From NCBI RefSeq assembly GCF_024700885.2, contig NZ_CP117016.1: DNA of 64,000 nt. The stretch is one strand, 5' to 3'. Made by a program: the position numbers and the translations under genes. Shown one piece after another: positions 12,201 to 20,082 of this stretch. Position 1 is the first letter of the stretch. Each line of letters begins with the position of its first letter. The notes beneath the pieces were generated by a model. That model ran no database searches and had not been told where the DNA came from. It was given only the letters and a program-made list of their open reading frames with translations. The stretch is from Escherichia coli. Lineage in GTDB: Bacteria > Pseudomonadota > Gammaproteobacteria > Enterobacterales > Enterobacteriaceae.

Positions 12201-12525
12201 CAACACCATGATACAAATTTAATATTTTAGTATTTAACAACTCTTTTGGGTATATTTCCTTACAATGCTCATTTACATAAACACCAGCAGCATTTAATAA
12301 TTGAGCACCTTCTTTTGATTTAAAATGACATGCATTAAAACCTAACGATTTAATATAGTCTACATTTTTCTGATCACCACTGATATAACAAGCAAAAATA
12401 TCAGGTCGATAGTTTGAAATATATATAAACAGATATTTCACATTCCCTGTAAATAGACCGGCACTATTAAATAACCAGATGTTATCTTTAGTATAATTAT
12501 TAATTACATAGTTAATATCTTGCAT
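9202..12525 (-). CDS. Multi-domain capsule polymerase: TagF-like polyol-phosphate transferase domain, HAD-like phosphatase domain, a further C-terminal domain and a lysine-rich tail
   Basis: 1107 aa; LYAPTFR motif (TagF family) in the N-terminal third; FDVFDTLIGRK (HAD motif I) and HYGDNATSDG (HAD motif III/IV-like) mid-protein; basic Lys-rich C-terminus; AT-rich. Confidence 0.6.
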   Translation of the reverse strand: MQDINYVINNYTKDNIWLFNSAGLFTGNVKYLFIYISNYRPDIFACYISGDQKNVDYIKSLGFNACHFKSKEGAQLLNAAGVYVNEHCKEIYPKELLNTKILNLYHGVGLKQIEKKADREYLYQRIAKKHITYNEQFSNNMCFLVTSPFMEKHFKEQLDLTDDQIIRGGYPRCIYQSLYEPVVTYNHDIISQAGLPKDTKLALYAPTFREKNPKNFLYLAIKDINILSKTLEKNNLCLIIKLHPEISNDFYFKTLQKQVGQYRNIIFWDNKNDIYEIFNKIDLAIIDYSSIYYDLVSAGVKNFIRYIFDFDDEKHIMLYDYQSHTSGKMCQSFGELINAIDEYQTYSDNNLEKIKELFWSYDDENTFENIINQTNQFKIGNKGVLPTFYSFDVFDTLIGRKCLIPKGIFYKVMELIKASDEGFPEIFHTDYVNIRMQAEANCRELLIKTIGHYEISYRDIFSRIQSVYNLNDSQITKLMDWEVQAEYENVIPIDEMVKKAEQLVKENETVVLISDMYLPKEVISNMLAHVSPLLNKLPLYLSSEYGVQKASQQLYLRVYKDHSPWRFKEWIHYGDNATSDGTKAKELGIKPQIHKIPKINAYETALINKIRNYNSYLLTGLLSRMRFNSINEKDYFCYAHVSGYMVPYVAWCIRDAIDRGIETLYFVSRDGHFLKEIADAYVSLKKLNIKTKYFYGSRRAWRVPAMIESIDDEFFSNFGNLVGVDNYDKLISSLSISHNLFQKLFPETGLNKSSKISPAELVALREFFSKSTKYHDYLIEKAKEERKIVIDYIKQEINPDEKYAFVEYWARGYTQTCLRKLIDNAFDKPSECVFYYYRSILPSIDNDIRINYSTNNISLIPVEAIFANCPHGTVTGYKRELKKIVPVIARARFDAELYWSLGKYLKNFVNEFYSLPFTSDVSTIERHFSSFAFEWYRDHQDDPVLVNSMAHLLYSEASLGALREFAPAITSESLALLKQGKPVGAFTRSIKMSLARSTPSIKKEYQEYLKNPKALSAKPSNAKQKVLPTNTSKVKIKEPAKINQHLAAQTSDSRKIRLLNKLERNPEMFFSDSNKKIVRLAGKTAFNPILKPVLGNVIIKLSKKIIH

Positions 12526-12784
12526 TTATAAAACGCTCTCTGAATTTTTTACTTATGATAAACACCACATAATTGTGGTAATATTATATTTAACTAAAAG
12601 TGTGAATATTTATAGTGGAGTTTATAATTCAAATCATGACTTATAGCCTATTATCTTATTTATTTAAATCTGAATCATGTACGCATATAAAAGACAAACG
12701 ATTTATTTTAAAGAAAAAACAAATAAAGGAAATTATAACTTACAGTAATTAGAAGACTATTTAGTCTGATTGTTATATAAAATC

Positions 12785-13441
12785 TTATTCTTGTTTATAC
12801 TCATCGATCCCCTCCTGAACATCCTCATAAAAACTAACCACATTGTCATCCTTAAACACAATCGCCACATCACAAAACTCTTTCAATGAATTCAAACTAT
12901 GTGAAACCATTAAAAAACTAGATTCTTTATGCCTTTCTTTAAACAATTGAGCGCATTTTTCTTTAAACCTGGCATCACCGACTGCAGTTACTTCATCGAC
13001 GATATAATAATCAAACTTAAATGCCATGCTTAAACCAAAGCCTAAACGCGATCGCATACCAGATGAGTAAGTTTTAATCGGCATATCGAAGTACTTACCG
13101 AGTTCGGCAAATTCTTCGACAAACTCAATTTTCTCTTTCAGCTCTTCTTGCTTCGCGTATAACCGCGCAACAAATTTTACGTTTTCGCGTCCGGTTAAAC
13201 TTCCCTGAAATCCACCTGCGAGGCCGACTGGCCATGATATTGTTTTATTAGTGATGATCTTTCCACTGTCGGGGCGGTCAATGCCGCCAATCATTCTCAG
13301 TAACGTTGATTTACCCGCTCCGTTGCGACCAATAAAGGCAACACTTTTTCCTGAAGGGATTTCAATATTTAAATCCTTAAAGACATAATGTCGACCCGCT
13401 GGCGTGCGATATGACTTCGTCAAATTTTCAATCTTAATCAT
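12785..13441 (-). CDS. kpsT: Capsule export ABC transporter ATP-binding protein KpsT
   Basis: 218 aa; Walker A GRNGAGKST, ABC signature YSSGMRSRL, Walker B YYIVDE; overlaps the kpsM stop. Confidence 0.92.
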   Translation of the reverse strand: MIKIENLTKSYRTPAGRHYVFKDLNIEIPSGKSVAFIGRNGAGKSTLLRMIGGIDRPDSGKIITNKTISWPVGLAGGFQGSLTGRENVKFVARLYAKQEELKEKIEFVEEFAELGKYFDMPIKTYSSGMRSRLGFGLSMAFKFDYYIVDEVTAVGDARFKEKCAQLFKERHKESSFLMVSHSLNSLKEFCDVAIVFKDDNVVSFYEDVQEGIDEYKQE

Positions 13442-14214
13442 GATGTCAGCATTGCCTCTTCACGCGTTCGGTATAAAGCCAGACCGATGAACAGGGTGAC
13501 CAGAGTGAACATTGCAAGGTAGTTCAGACTAACGCCTTCGCTGATATAGCCAGGCATAACTGCCTCGCGGCTTAACTCTACGACATGCACTAATGGGTTC
13601 CAGAGTAGATATGACCAGTATTGCTTTGGAATTGAGTGCAGAGGGAACATGATGCAGGAGATGAAATACAGCGGCTTAAGCAGTATCGGCAGGACCTTTT
13701 GCATTTCAGGGAAAGTCTTACCAACGACCATGAATATTAAGCCGACGCCACATGAAAGAATGATTAACAAACTCCAGGTGAGCACAAGTTGTAAAAAATT
13801 TGTTATCTCGAAATATTCGCCTGCCATCCTGACAATGAGCATAAGCAGAATATAAACAGCAACGTAAATCAGCGTCTCAAGCAGGGCGCGCGCAATGATC
13901 GTATCGATGGGTTTTACTGGGCGATAATTAAACAGCCCCAGGTTCGCTTCAATAGCACTTACAGAACGTTTGCTGATACTGCTAAAGATAAAAAAGGGAA
14001 TCAGGCCATTAAGTAAAAACACCGGGAATGAGATGTCTGGCATCGTGCGGTGCATAATGTAACCAAAAATGCCCAACAGTATCAGCAAATGCGCAGAGGG
14101 TTCGAGAATCGCCCACAGATATCCCAGACGGAACTTACCAAAGCGTGTTCGTATTTCTCGTAGAAATAATGCCTCTACGGTGACTTTCTGGACTTCAAAT
14201 CCACTTCTTGCCAT
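13438..14214 (-). CDS. kpsM: Capsule export ABC transporter permease KpsM
   Basis: Polytopic ABC-2 type permease; start chosen at MARSGFEVQK (about 258 aa) rather than the longer track ORF, because an ops-like element lies inside the longer ORF. Confidence 0.88.
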   Translation of the reverse strand: MARSGFEVQKVTVEALFLREIRTRFGKFRLGYLWAILEPSAHLLILLGIFGYIMHRTMPDISFPVFLLNGLIPFFIFSSISKRSVSAIEANLGLFNYRPVKPIDTIIARALLETLIYVAVYILLMLIVRMAGEYFEITNFLQLVLTWSLLIILSCGVGLIFMVVGKTFPEMQKVLPILLKPLYFISCIMFPLHSIPKQYWSYLLWNPLVHVVELSREAVMPGYISEGVSLNYLAMFTLVTLFIGLALYRTREEAMLTS

Positions 14215-14243
14215 TTGATGATGTGATCCTAATCTCTTCAGGT

Positions 14244-14255
14244 ACGCTACCGCCC
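14244..14255 (-). promoter_or_regulatory. ops-like element (RfaH recruitment site, JUMPstart) in the region 3 leader about 30 nt upstream of the kpsM start
   Basis: Minus strand reads GGCGGTAGCGTA, matching the ops core GGCGGTAG at the position expected ahead of kpsM. Confidence 0.65.
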
Positions 14256-14349
14256 TTGGCTTAACAGCTACCAATACACTGGAGGTAATGCTTATTTGTA
14301 ACTGGATAAAATTTACTCAGACGGTTTGACCTTTTTAATAGCCGCAAAA

Positions 14350-14616
14350 AATTTCAGCAGAAATTATTTCCGCAGGGATAAATAGATCTATTTCCGTCTC
14401 GTTTCTTCTAATCCATTCTTCAGGCATGAATGTATTCGGTCTTCTGGTAATTTCAGAAAACTGGCCGTTTTAGAATGTAAAGTTAATTTCTCAGGAAATT
14501 ATTTCTACCTCTTTTTGCTTAACCAATATGGCTTGAAAAAGACGTAAAGCAGCATGCGTTCTGGATTACTCCGGAACACACTTATTCAAAATGGGCTGCT
14601 AATTTCGCAAGAAATT
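14350..14616. repeat. Three copies of a palindrome AATTTC-N4-GAAATT, each followed by ATTT(C/T), in the kps region 3 upstream/leader region; degenerate half-copies continue to about 15070
   Basis: Read directly: aatttcagcagaaatt (about 14350), aatttctcaggaaatt (about 14485), aatttcgcaagaaatt (about 14601); half-sites near 14449, 15000 and 15058. Confidence 0.7.
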
Positions 14617-15386
14617 ATTTTTTACTATTACTGTTAACTACTTGATTATAATACCACCTATGAATTTTATGCGTAACAATACCTGCAATCTGTTTCAAAC
14701 CAGAACACACGCGATTGATTACCAATAAATTGTTCACCGAGAAACTATTTCCCTATTTAAAATTCACTCGTGTACTTCTTATTTATATCTACAGCCCCCT
14801 CTTTACAGCCATATTTGTGATTTATATCACATTTAAATGGTGTTATTTAAGTTGCATCAATAATCCCGAAGGTAATTATTTTCGTCGATTAAAATATACA
14901 TCTTGATTATTTTGTGTATTTATTTTAACCAGTGTTACAACCAACACCATCCCTCAGTAGATATACCTGAGCAGACATTTCTTAAAATTGACGAATAGTT
15001 TCCCTGGAAATTATTATGCTTATTTGAAATTCCCTTTCTGATTATCTCCAGTAATTTTACTAATTTCCAGGCTACACAAAATACAGATCACATAAGAATT
15101 ATCCTATATGTTTTGACCTATCAATTGTTACTCAATGATTTATTACAACTATTAATAATCATAATGTGTCAAAACACTTAAGCATCTTTACAGTCTTAGA
15201 AAGGTGTCGATTAACGAAGGCTACATGGTGAAAAACAGGTTCCTTCAGTGTTACCGAATATTCCGTGGTGGGCTGGAGGGAGATAATTCTTGCTACATCG
15301 AAACTCAGCCCGGTGAGCGGGTTTGACAGTTCCGCACTCACCATTGGGCTAAGGGTTATCAGGTGGGGTTAAGGAAATGGCAATAC

Positions 15387-15923
15387 CTACCCCCGTCCAA
15401 ACTCCAGCCGCTGCACATTCACCATCCCAGGCTTCTCAGCAGCACTGACATCAATTTGTGTCACCCGCAGCGCATATTTTTCATCCAGCGCGTTTAACCA
15501 GTTCAGCAGATCATTAAATACCACAGGATCTATCCAGACCTGGATATTCTCCCCGCGCTCGGCTATTCGCTTAATGACCACTGAATGCGCCGAAGCACTG
15601 TCGCTGATGACCCGCGATACCTGTGCTGGCGTTGTCGTGCCGGATTTTCGCGCCGCAATAATATCCGGCGCGGCGCTCTTCAGTCGCGCGTTCATCGCCA
15701 CCAGCTGCTGCAACATCGTCTCCTGTTGCTCAATCCGTTCGCTCAACGGCTGCCAGATGAGAACGTAATATCCGGCGCTAAACAGGAACACTACCGCTGC
15801 CAGTAACATGCCTTTTTCACGCGGAGAACGCCCCGCCAGGTGTTGTGTCAGCCAGTGTTCGCCACGGCTTAACTGGCGTTCACGCCATTGCTGAAAATAG
15901 TGAATAAATTTATCGCGTAACAT
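15387..15923 (-). CDS. gspM: Type II secretion system protein M
   Basis: 178 aa, single N-terminal TM segment; last gene of the gsp operon; I recall the matching 178-aa YghD in K-12. Confidence 0.8.
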   Translation of the reverse strand: MLRDKFIHYFQQWRERQLSRGEHWLTQHLAGRSPREKGMLLAAVVFLFSAGYYVLIWQPLSERIEQQETMLQQLVAMNARLKSAAPDIIAARKSGTTTPAQVSRVISDSASAHSVVIKRIAERGENIQVWIDPVVFNDLLNWLNALDEKYALRVTQIDVSAAEKPGMVNVQRLEFGRG

Positions 15924-15924
15924 G

Positions 15925-17103
15925 TTATTTCCTCCGCAACGTTACGCCGCCGGAAACCGCATCACCCTCTTTCTGTAACGCGTCCTGTTGCACAACATAA
16001 TCTGCCGCCAGTGCGCTACGCAGTTTGTCGAAGCTGGCAAAGTTCGCAGCCCGTAGCTGAAGGTGAAGCGTCTGGCGTTTTTGATCAAAGGTGAAACCAC
16101 GCATTTCGATGTCGGAAAGTGACGCTGATTTCAGGGTACTGGCGATCGCTGACAATTCTGCGAGCAGCCGGGTATCGTCGGCCTGTGGGCGATATTTTTT
16201 CAGCGCCATCGTCACCTGAGAGCGTAAATTCACAATCCGCTTCTGCTCCGGGAATAGCGTTAAGAACTGTTTCTCCGCCTGGGTGCGGCTTTGCGCCACC
16301 TGTTCGCTGACGCTCCATAACGTCACGCCCCGTTCCACTACCAGCGCAACCAGAATCAGCAATATCGGCAGAATCATCACCCGCCAGCGCGCCCACTGTT
16401 TTCGGTAGCTGACACGAGGCTGCCACGGCCCTGTTAGCAGGTTCCCTTCCGGTTCGCCATAAGTGATAATGGCTGGCAGAGCCGTAACGGTCAGGCGTTC
16501 GGCGTCCGCACCAGCCCATGCAGACAGTTCTTCCGGTGCAATGCCGACCACGGTTAGTGAAAGCGGTATATCCTGCTCATTGAGCTGTGCGCGGAACATG
16601 ACCGGAGCCAGCGCCCGCCCGGCGCTCCATCCCCGGCATTCATCGATGCGGCAGATAACCCGTTGCGCATCGCCAGCCATAAACCCACAAGGAATAGACA
16701 TCCAGTCCGGCGCGACGGTAGCGCGGGTGATGCCGTTTGCCTGCAACCACTGCGCAATGTTGCGCATATGCTGCTGGTGAATCACAGCTACGGTTGCCAG
16801 TTGCTGGTCGATTTTCAACGGGGCGAAATGCAGTTCATCGATATCCTGGTTCAGCTCTTCTTCCAGCAAGGCGGGCAGAATCGTCGGTATCTGCTTGCGG
16901 GGCACATCAGGCAGTTCAACCTGCCAGACGCTGATCCATTCGCCGGGAATGTAGAGTCGAATCGCATCAGTTTGCAGCCATTGCTGGAGACATTCATCAG
17001 CAACGTCAGGCCAGATGCCGCACTCCACGTCGGCGGTACGACGCTGCCAACGGATGGGAGCGGAAGCGCAAAGCGGGAAAAAAATCTCAAGCATGGAACT
17101 CAC
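15925..17103 (-). CDS. gspL: Type II secretion system protein L
   Basis: 392 aa, bitopic with central TM; position between gspK and gspM. Confidence 0.8.
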   Translation of the reverse strand: MSSMLEIFFPLCASAPIRWQRRTADVECGIWPDVADECLQQWLQTDAIRLYIPGEWISVWQVELPDVPRKQIPTILPALLEEELNQDIDELHFAPLKIDQQLATVAVIHQQHMRNIAQWLQANGITRATVAPDWMSIPCGFMAGDAQRVICRIDECRGWSAGRALAPVMFRAQLNEQDIPLSLTVVGIAPEELSAWAGADAERLTVTALPAIITYGEPEGNLLTGPWQPRVSYRKQWARWRVMILPILLILVALVVERGVTLWSVSEQVAQSRTQAEKQFLTLFPEQKRIVNLRSQVTMALKKYRPQADDTRLLAELSAIASTLKSASLSDIEMRGFTFDQKRQTLHLQLRAANFASFDKLRSALAADYVVQQDALQKEGDAVSGGVTLRRK

Positions 17104-18077
17104 TCACTTTCTCCTGTCTGATGCCAGAGAACAGAAAAGTGTTGTGGGCCCATGCGGACAATTAACGAATTCATCGTCAGTTCAATCTCATTCACGGTGA
17201 TATCTGAACGCAGCCAGAAGTAATTGCTGTCCACGCTCAGGACGGTTTTTAGCTGTTTTTTAGTACGCTCATCGACGTCTGCAAGTAGCGGCTGAGCAAG
17301 AAACTGATCGACATCTTCCCAGCCCTTCGCCGGACGTTGTTGTAATAACGCCCGCGCCTGAACAGGGCTTAACCACGGGTCAAACAGCGCCTCAAGAATC
17401 ACACTTTGCGTGACATCTAATGTATTGATGTTGATTTGCTGGCGGGTCATCGGCAGCGCACAGACCAGCGGTTTCAGTTTTTGATAAAGTCCGGCGTCCA
17501 TTCCCTGCACCACGCGCATCTCGCTGATATCAGCCAGCGGTTGATTAGCGGCGTAAAACGGCACCGAACGGGCGAGATACTCGCTGTCTTCACGGCCCAG
17601 ACGCGTCTGCACGCTGCGGTCTTCGTCAATAAACTCCCACAGGCTTTCGGCTATCAGTTCGGCCCGATAAGCAGGCACATCGAGGCGCGAGATCAGGGCA
17701 ATCAGTTGTTGTACCGCGAGCGGACGCGACGCCGTCGTCGGCTGAGCGAGGGCATTCAGGTTAAAGCAGGTCTGTGCGTCACGCAGAGTGACGGCGATTT
17801 GCCCCTGCGGCAGTGGGAAAAAACGCGGGCCGGAAGCCCACGGCTGCGCCAGATGCACGCGCTTTTCATTTTTCAGGCTCAGACTGAGTGCGCTCAACGC
17901 CAGGCTTTCCGCACTGGCGCTGTACCACAGCGCCTGCTGGTACTCCTGCTGGCTGCGCGTTCGCCCAAGTTGTTGCTGCATTCGCCCGGAAAGCGTGATG
18001 GTCACCAGCATCATAACCGCCAGCAATACCAGCACCACGACCAATGCCATTCCGCGTTTTGGTGGTGAGGTGATCAT
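17100..18077 (-). CDS. gspK: Type II secretion minor pseudopilin K
   Basis: 325 aa; N-terminal hydrophobic pseudopilin-like segment (GMALVVVLVLLAVMMLV); operon position. Confidence 0.8.
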   Translation of the reverse strand: MITSPPKRGMALVVVLVLLAVMMLVTITLSGRMQQQLGRTRSQQEYQQALWYSASAESLALSALSLSLKNEKRVHLAQPWASGPRFFPLPQGQIAVTLRDAQTCFNLNALAQPTTASRPLAVQQLIALISRLDVPAYRAELIAESLWEFIDEDRSVQTRLGREDSEYLARSVPFYAANQPLADISEMRVVQGMDAGLYQKLKPLVCALPMTRQQININTLDVTQSVILEALFDPWLSPVQARALLQQRPAKGWEDVDQFLAQPLLADVDERTKKQLKTVLSVDSNYFWLRSDITVNEIELTMNSLIVRMGPQHFSVLWHQTGESE

Positions 18078-18679
18078 GATAATTGCGGCCCGCGTAACAA
18101 CCAGATGCGTTCAATCTCGCCCCATTGCGGCAAATGCAGGGTTATGCGTACTGCCACAGGAATCGCCTGCACTGATGACCAGCTCTCCTGCCAGCGCGTG
18201 CCGTCGTAGAACTGCAAACGGAGCGAATCCGCCGGGATTAATTTTTGCGTTGTTGGCTTCACGCTGCCTGCCGCATCGGTCAGTGGCCAGGCTAACCGTT
18301 CGAGATAACCACCATGAATGCGGTAACCGACGGTGAGCAGATTACTGCGCGGCAGACGCATCAACGGATTAACCACGCCGCCGCGCACAAAACGCATCCC
18401 TTCACTCTCAGACGCCAGCACGCCAGCGCCCGCCAGTAACGCTGGTTCACGCTGGCCCTGATCGCCTCTTACCGGACGCGGCATCATTTGTGTCAGATCG
18501 TGGTTCAAAAAACTCATCGTTTGCTGCATGAGGTTTAGTTTTTGATCGTGTCCGGCGACGGCGCTATTCACGCGTGTAACGCCGTTTGTCACCTGCTGCG
18601 CCATCAGTGCCAGTGAGGCAAAAATGGCTATCGCCACCAGCATTTCCAGTAACGTGAAACCAGCGCTAGCTCTTCTCAC
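18074..18679 (-). CDS. gspJ: Type II secretion minor pseudopilin J
   Basis: 201 aa; prepilin-type N-terminus GFTLLEMLVAIAIF. Confidence 0.85.
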   Translation of the reverse strand: MRRASAGFTLLEMLVAIAIFASLALMAQQVTNGVTRVNSAVAGHDQKLNLMQQTMSFLNHDLTQMMPRPVRGDQGQREPALLAGAGVLASESEGMRFVRGGVVNPLMRLPRSNLLTVGYRIHGGYLERLAWPLTDAAGSVKPTTQKLIPADSLRLQFYDGTRWQESWSSVQAIPVAVRITLHLPQWGEIERIWLLRGPQLS

Positions 18680-19047
18680 TGTTGGCCTCCCACGGCGCTA
18701 AACCAGGCGCGTCGTGACTGAATCACCGACGAAAAGTCTTCGTGACGGCTGACTTCAATATCCACCGCCTGAAGTAGCGCGTTACCGGTATTCAGCGGTG
18801 TGGTTCGCCAGTACCAGCGGCTTCCTGCCATATCACTCTCGCCCTGGTGCCTGACCGCTCGTTGTTCACGGGTCATCAGGTAAAGCAGCGCAGTCTGGTT
18901 TTCAGCTACCCAGCCCGCTACCGTTTTCTCCTCAAGGATTTGCTGATTACTCAGCGCACCGCTGGCAATCTGTAACACCGCCGTGGCAGCCAGCGCAAAA
19001 ATCGCCAGCGCGAGCATCACTTCCAGCAAGGTAAATCCGCGCTTCAT
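18676..19047 (-). CDS. gspI: Type II secretion minor pseudopilin I
   Basis: 123 aa; prepilin-type N-terminus MKRGFTLLEVMLALAIF. Confidence 0.85.
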   Translation of the reverse strand: MKRGFTLLEVMLALAIFALAATAVLQIASGALSNQQILEEKTVAGWVAENQTALLYLMTREQRAVRHQGESDMAGSRWYWRTTPLNTGNALLQAVDIEVSRHEDFSSVIQSRRAWFSAVGGQQ

Positions 19048-19607
19048 GGCATCCTCTCATCACATTGATTGAGGGATAACGCGCCATCGTGCGCCAGCTT
19101 TACCGCCCAACATGCGTTTTGCGCCGCCGAGTAGAAGCGCAGCGTAAACGGCGTGGCAGGTTCAAAAGGCGAAAAACGGATCTGCGGCGTCTTCTTTTTC
19201 GCCTCTTTTTGCAGCTCCAGTTCAATATCGTGCAGCGTCAGGCGACGGCGTTGCAGCTCCAGCGCATATTCCTTCTGCCAGATATCACTTCCGGGTTGTA
19301 ACAGCATTTGCACCTGTTTCGGCACCGTAACCTGTGCCGATAACCGGGTCGCAGAAACGGGCAACCATTGCCCGTGACGACGCTGCATAAACTGGTAACC
19401 TGGCGGGTCGATTAGCACACCGAGTGTTTGCCCTTCGATCACTGCCCTGTCCTTAAACTGCGCAAAGCGAGTCAGAAAATCCTGCGCCGCTTTTTTCGCA
19501 GGCGGCTCTGAAGCGGTCGCAAACGTCTGTACCACGCCCGCACTGGCAAGGCCGATAAGGAAAATCACCAGCATGATTTCCAGAAGTGTGAATCCGCGTT
19601 CAGGCAC
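19044..19607 (-). CDS. gspH: Type II secretion minor pseudopilin H
   Basis: 187 aa; prepilin-type N-terminus RGFTLLEIMLVIFLIG. Confidence 0.85.
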   Translation of the reverse strand: MPERGFTLLEIMLVIFLIGLASAGVVQTFATASEPPAKKAAQDFLTRFAQFKDRAVIEGQTLGVLIDPPGYQFMQRRHGQWLPVSATRLSAQVTVPKQVQMLLQPGSDIWQKEYALELQRRRLTLHDIELELQKEAKKKTPQIRFSPFEPATPFTLRFYSAAQNACWAVKLAHDGALSLNQCDERMP

Positions 19608-19610
19608 TGA

Positions 19611-20066
19611 TTACTGAAACTCCTGCAAATTCCAGTTACCGATATCTGCGCCAGCGCCCTCCCCGTTTTCCTGACCATCTGCTCCCAGGGTATAAACATC
19701 AAACAGCCCTTTTTCACCCGGGCTGAGATACTGATAATCATTGCCCCACGGATCTTTTGGCAGTCGTTTAATGTACCCACCGGTACGGTAGTTACGGGAA
19801 TCCGCCATATTGGCCGGTTGCTGGATCAGCGCCTCAAGCCCCTGTTCTGTGGTCGGATAACGCCCGTTATCCAGTCGGTACATATCCAGCGCATTCTCCA
19901 GCGCCACGATATCGCTGATGGCTTTTTGCCGATCCGCTTTCTCTTTATTGCCCAACAGGTTAGGCACCACCAGACTTGCCAGGACGCCAAGAATAACAAT
20001 CACCACCATCACTTCCAGCAGGGTAAAACCTGCCCGTGGTTTTTGTGTGCGGGATAACGAATTCAT
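19611..20066 (-). CDS. gspG: Type II secretion major pseudopilin G
   Basis: Prepilin N-terminus AGFTLLEVMVVIVILGVLASLVVPNL; start placed at MNSLSRTQK (the track ORF is 9 codons longer). Confidence 0.85.
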   Translation of the reverse strand: MNSLSRTQKPRAGFTLLEVMVVIVILGVLASLVVPNLLGNKEKADRQKAISDIVALENALDMYRLDNGRYPTTEQGLEALIQQPANMADSRNYRTGGYIKRLPKDPWGNDYQYLSPGEKGLFDVYTLGADGQENGEGAGADIGNWNLQEFQ

Positions 20067-20082
20067 GTGATAACTCCGTAAA

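Noticed and set aside
14715-15344. Small ORFs in the kps region 3 upstream region (14715..14906 +, 15159..15344 -)
   Set aside because: They sit within the promoter/leader region that carries the palindromic repeats; no RBS or coding-like composition. They could hide an island-boundary remnant, but I cannot support a gene call.
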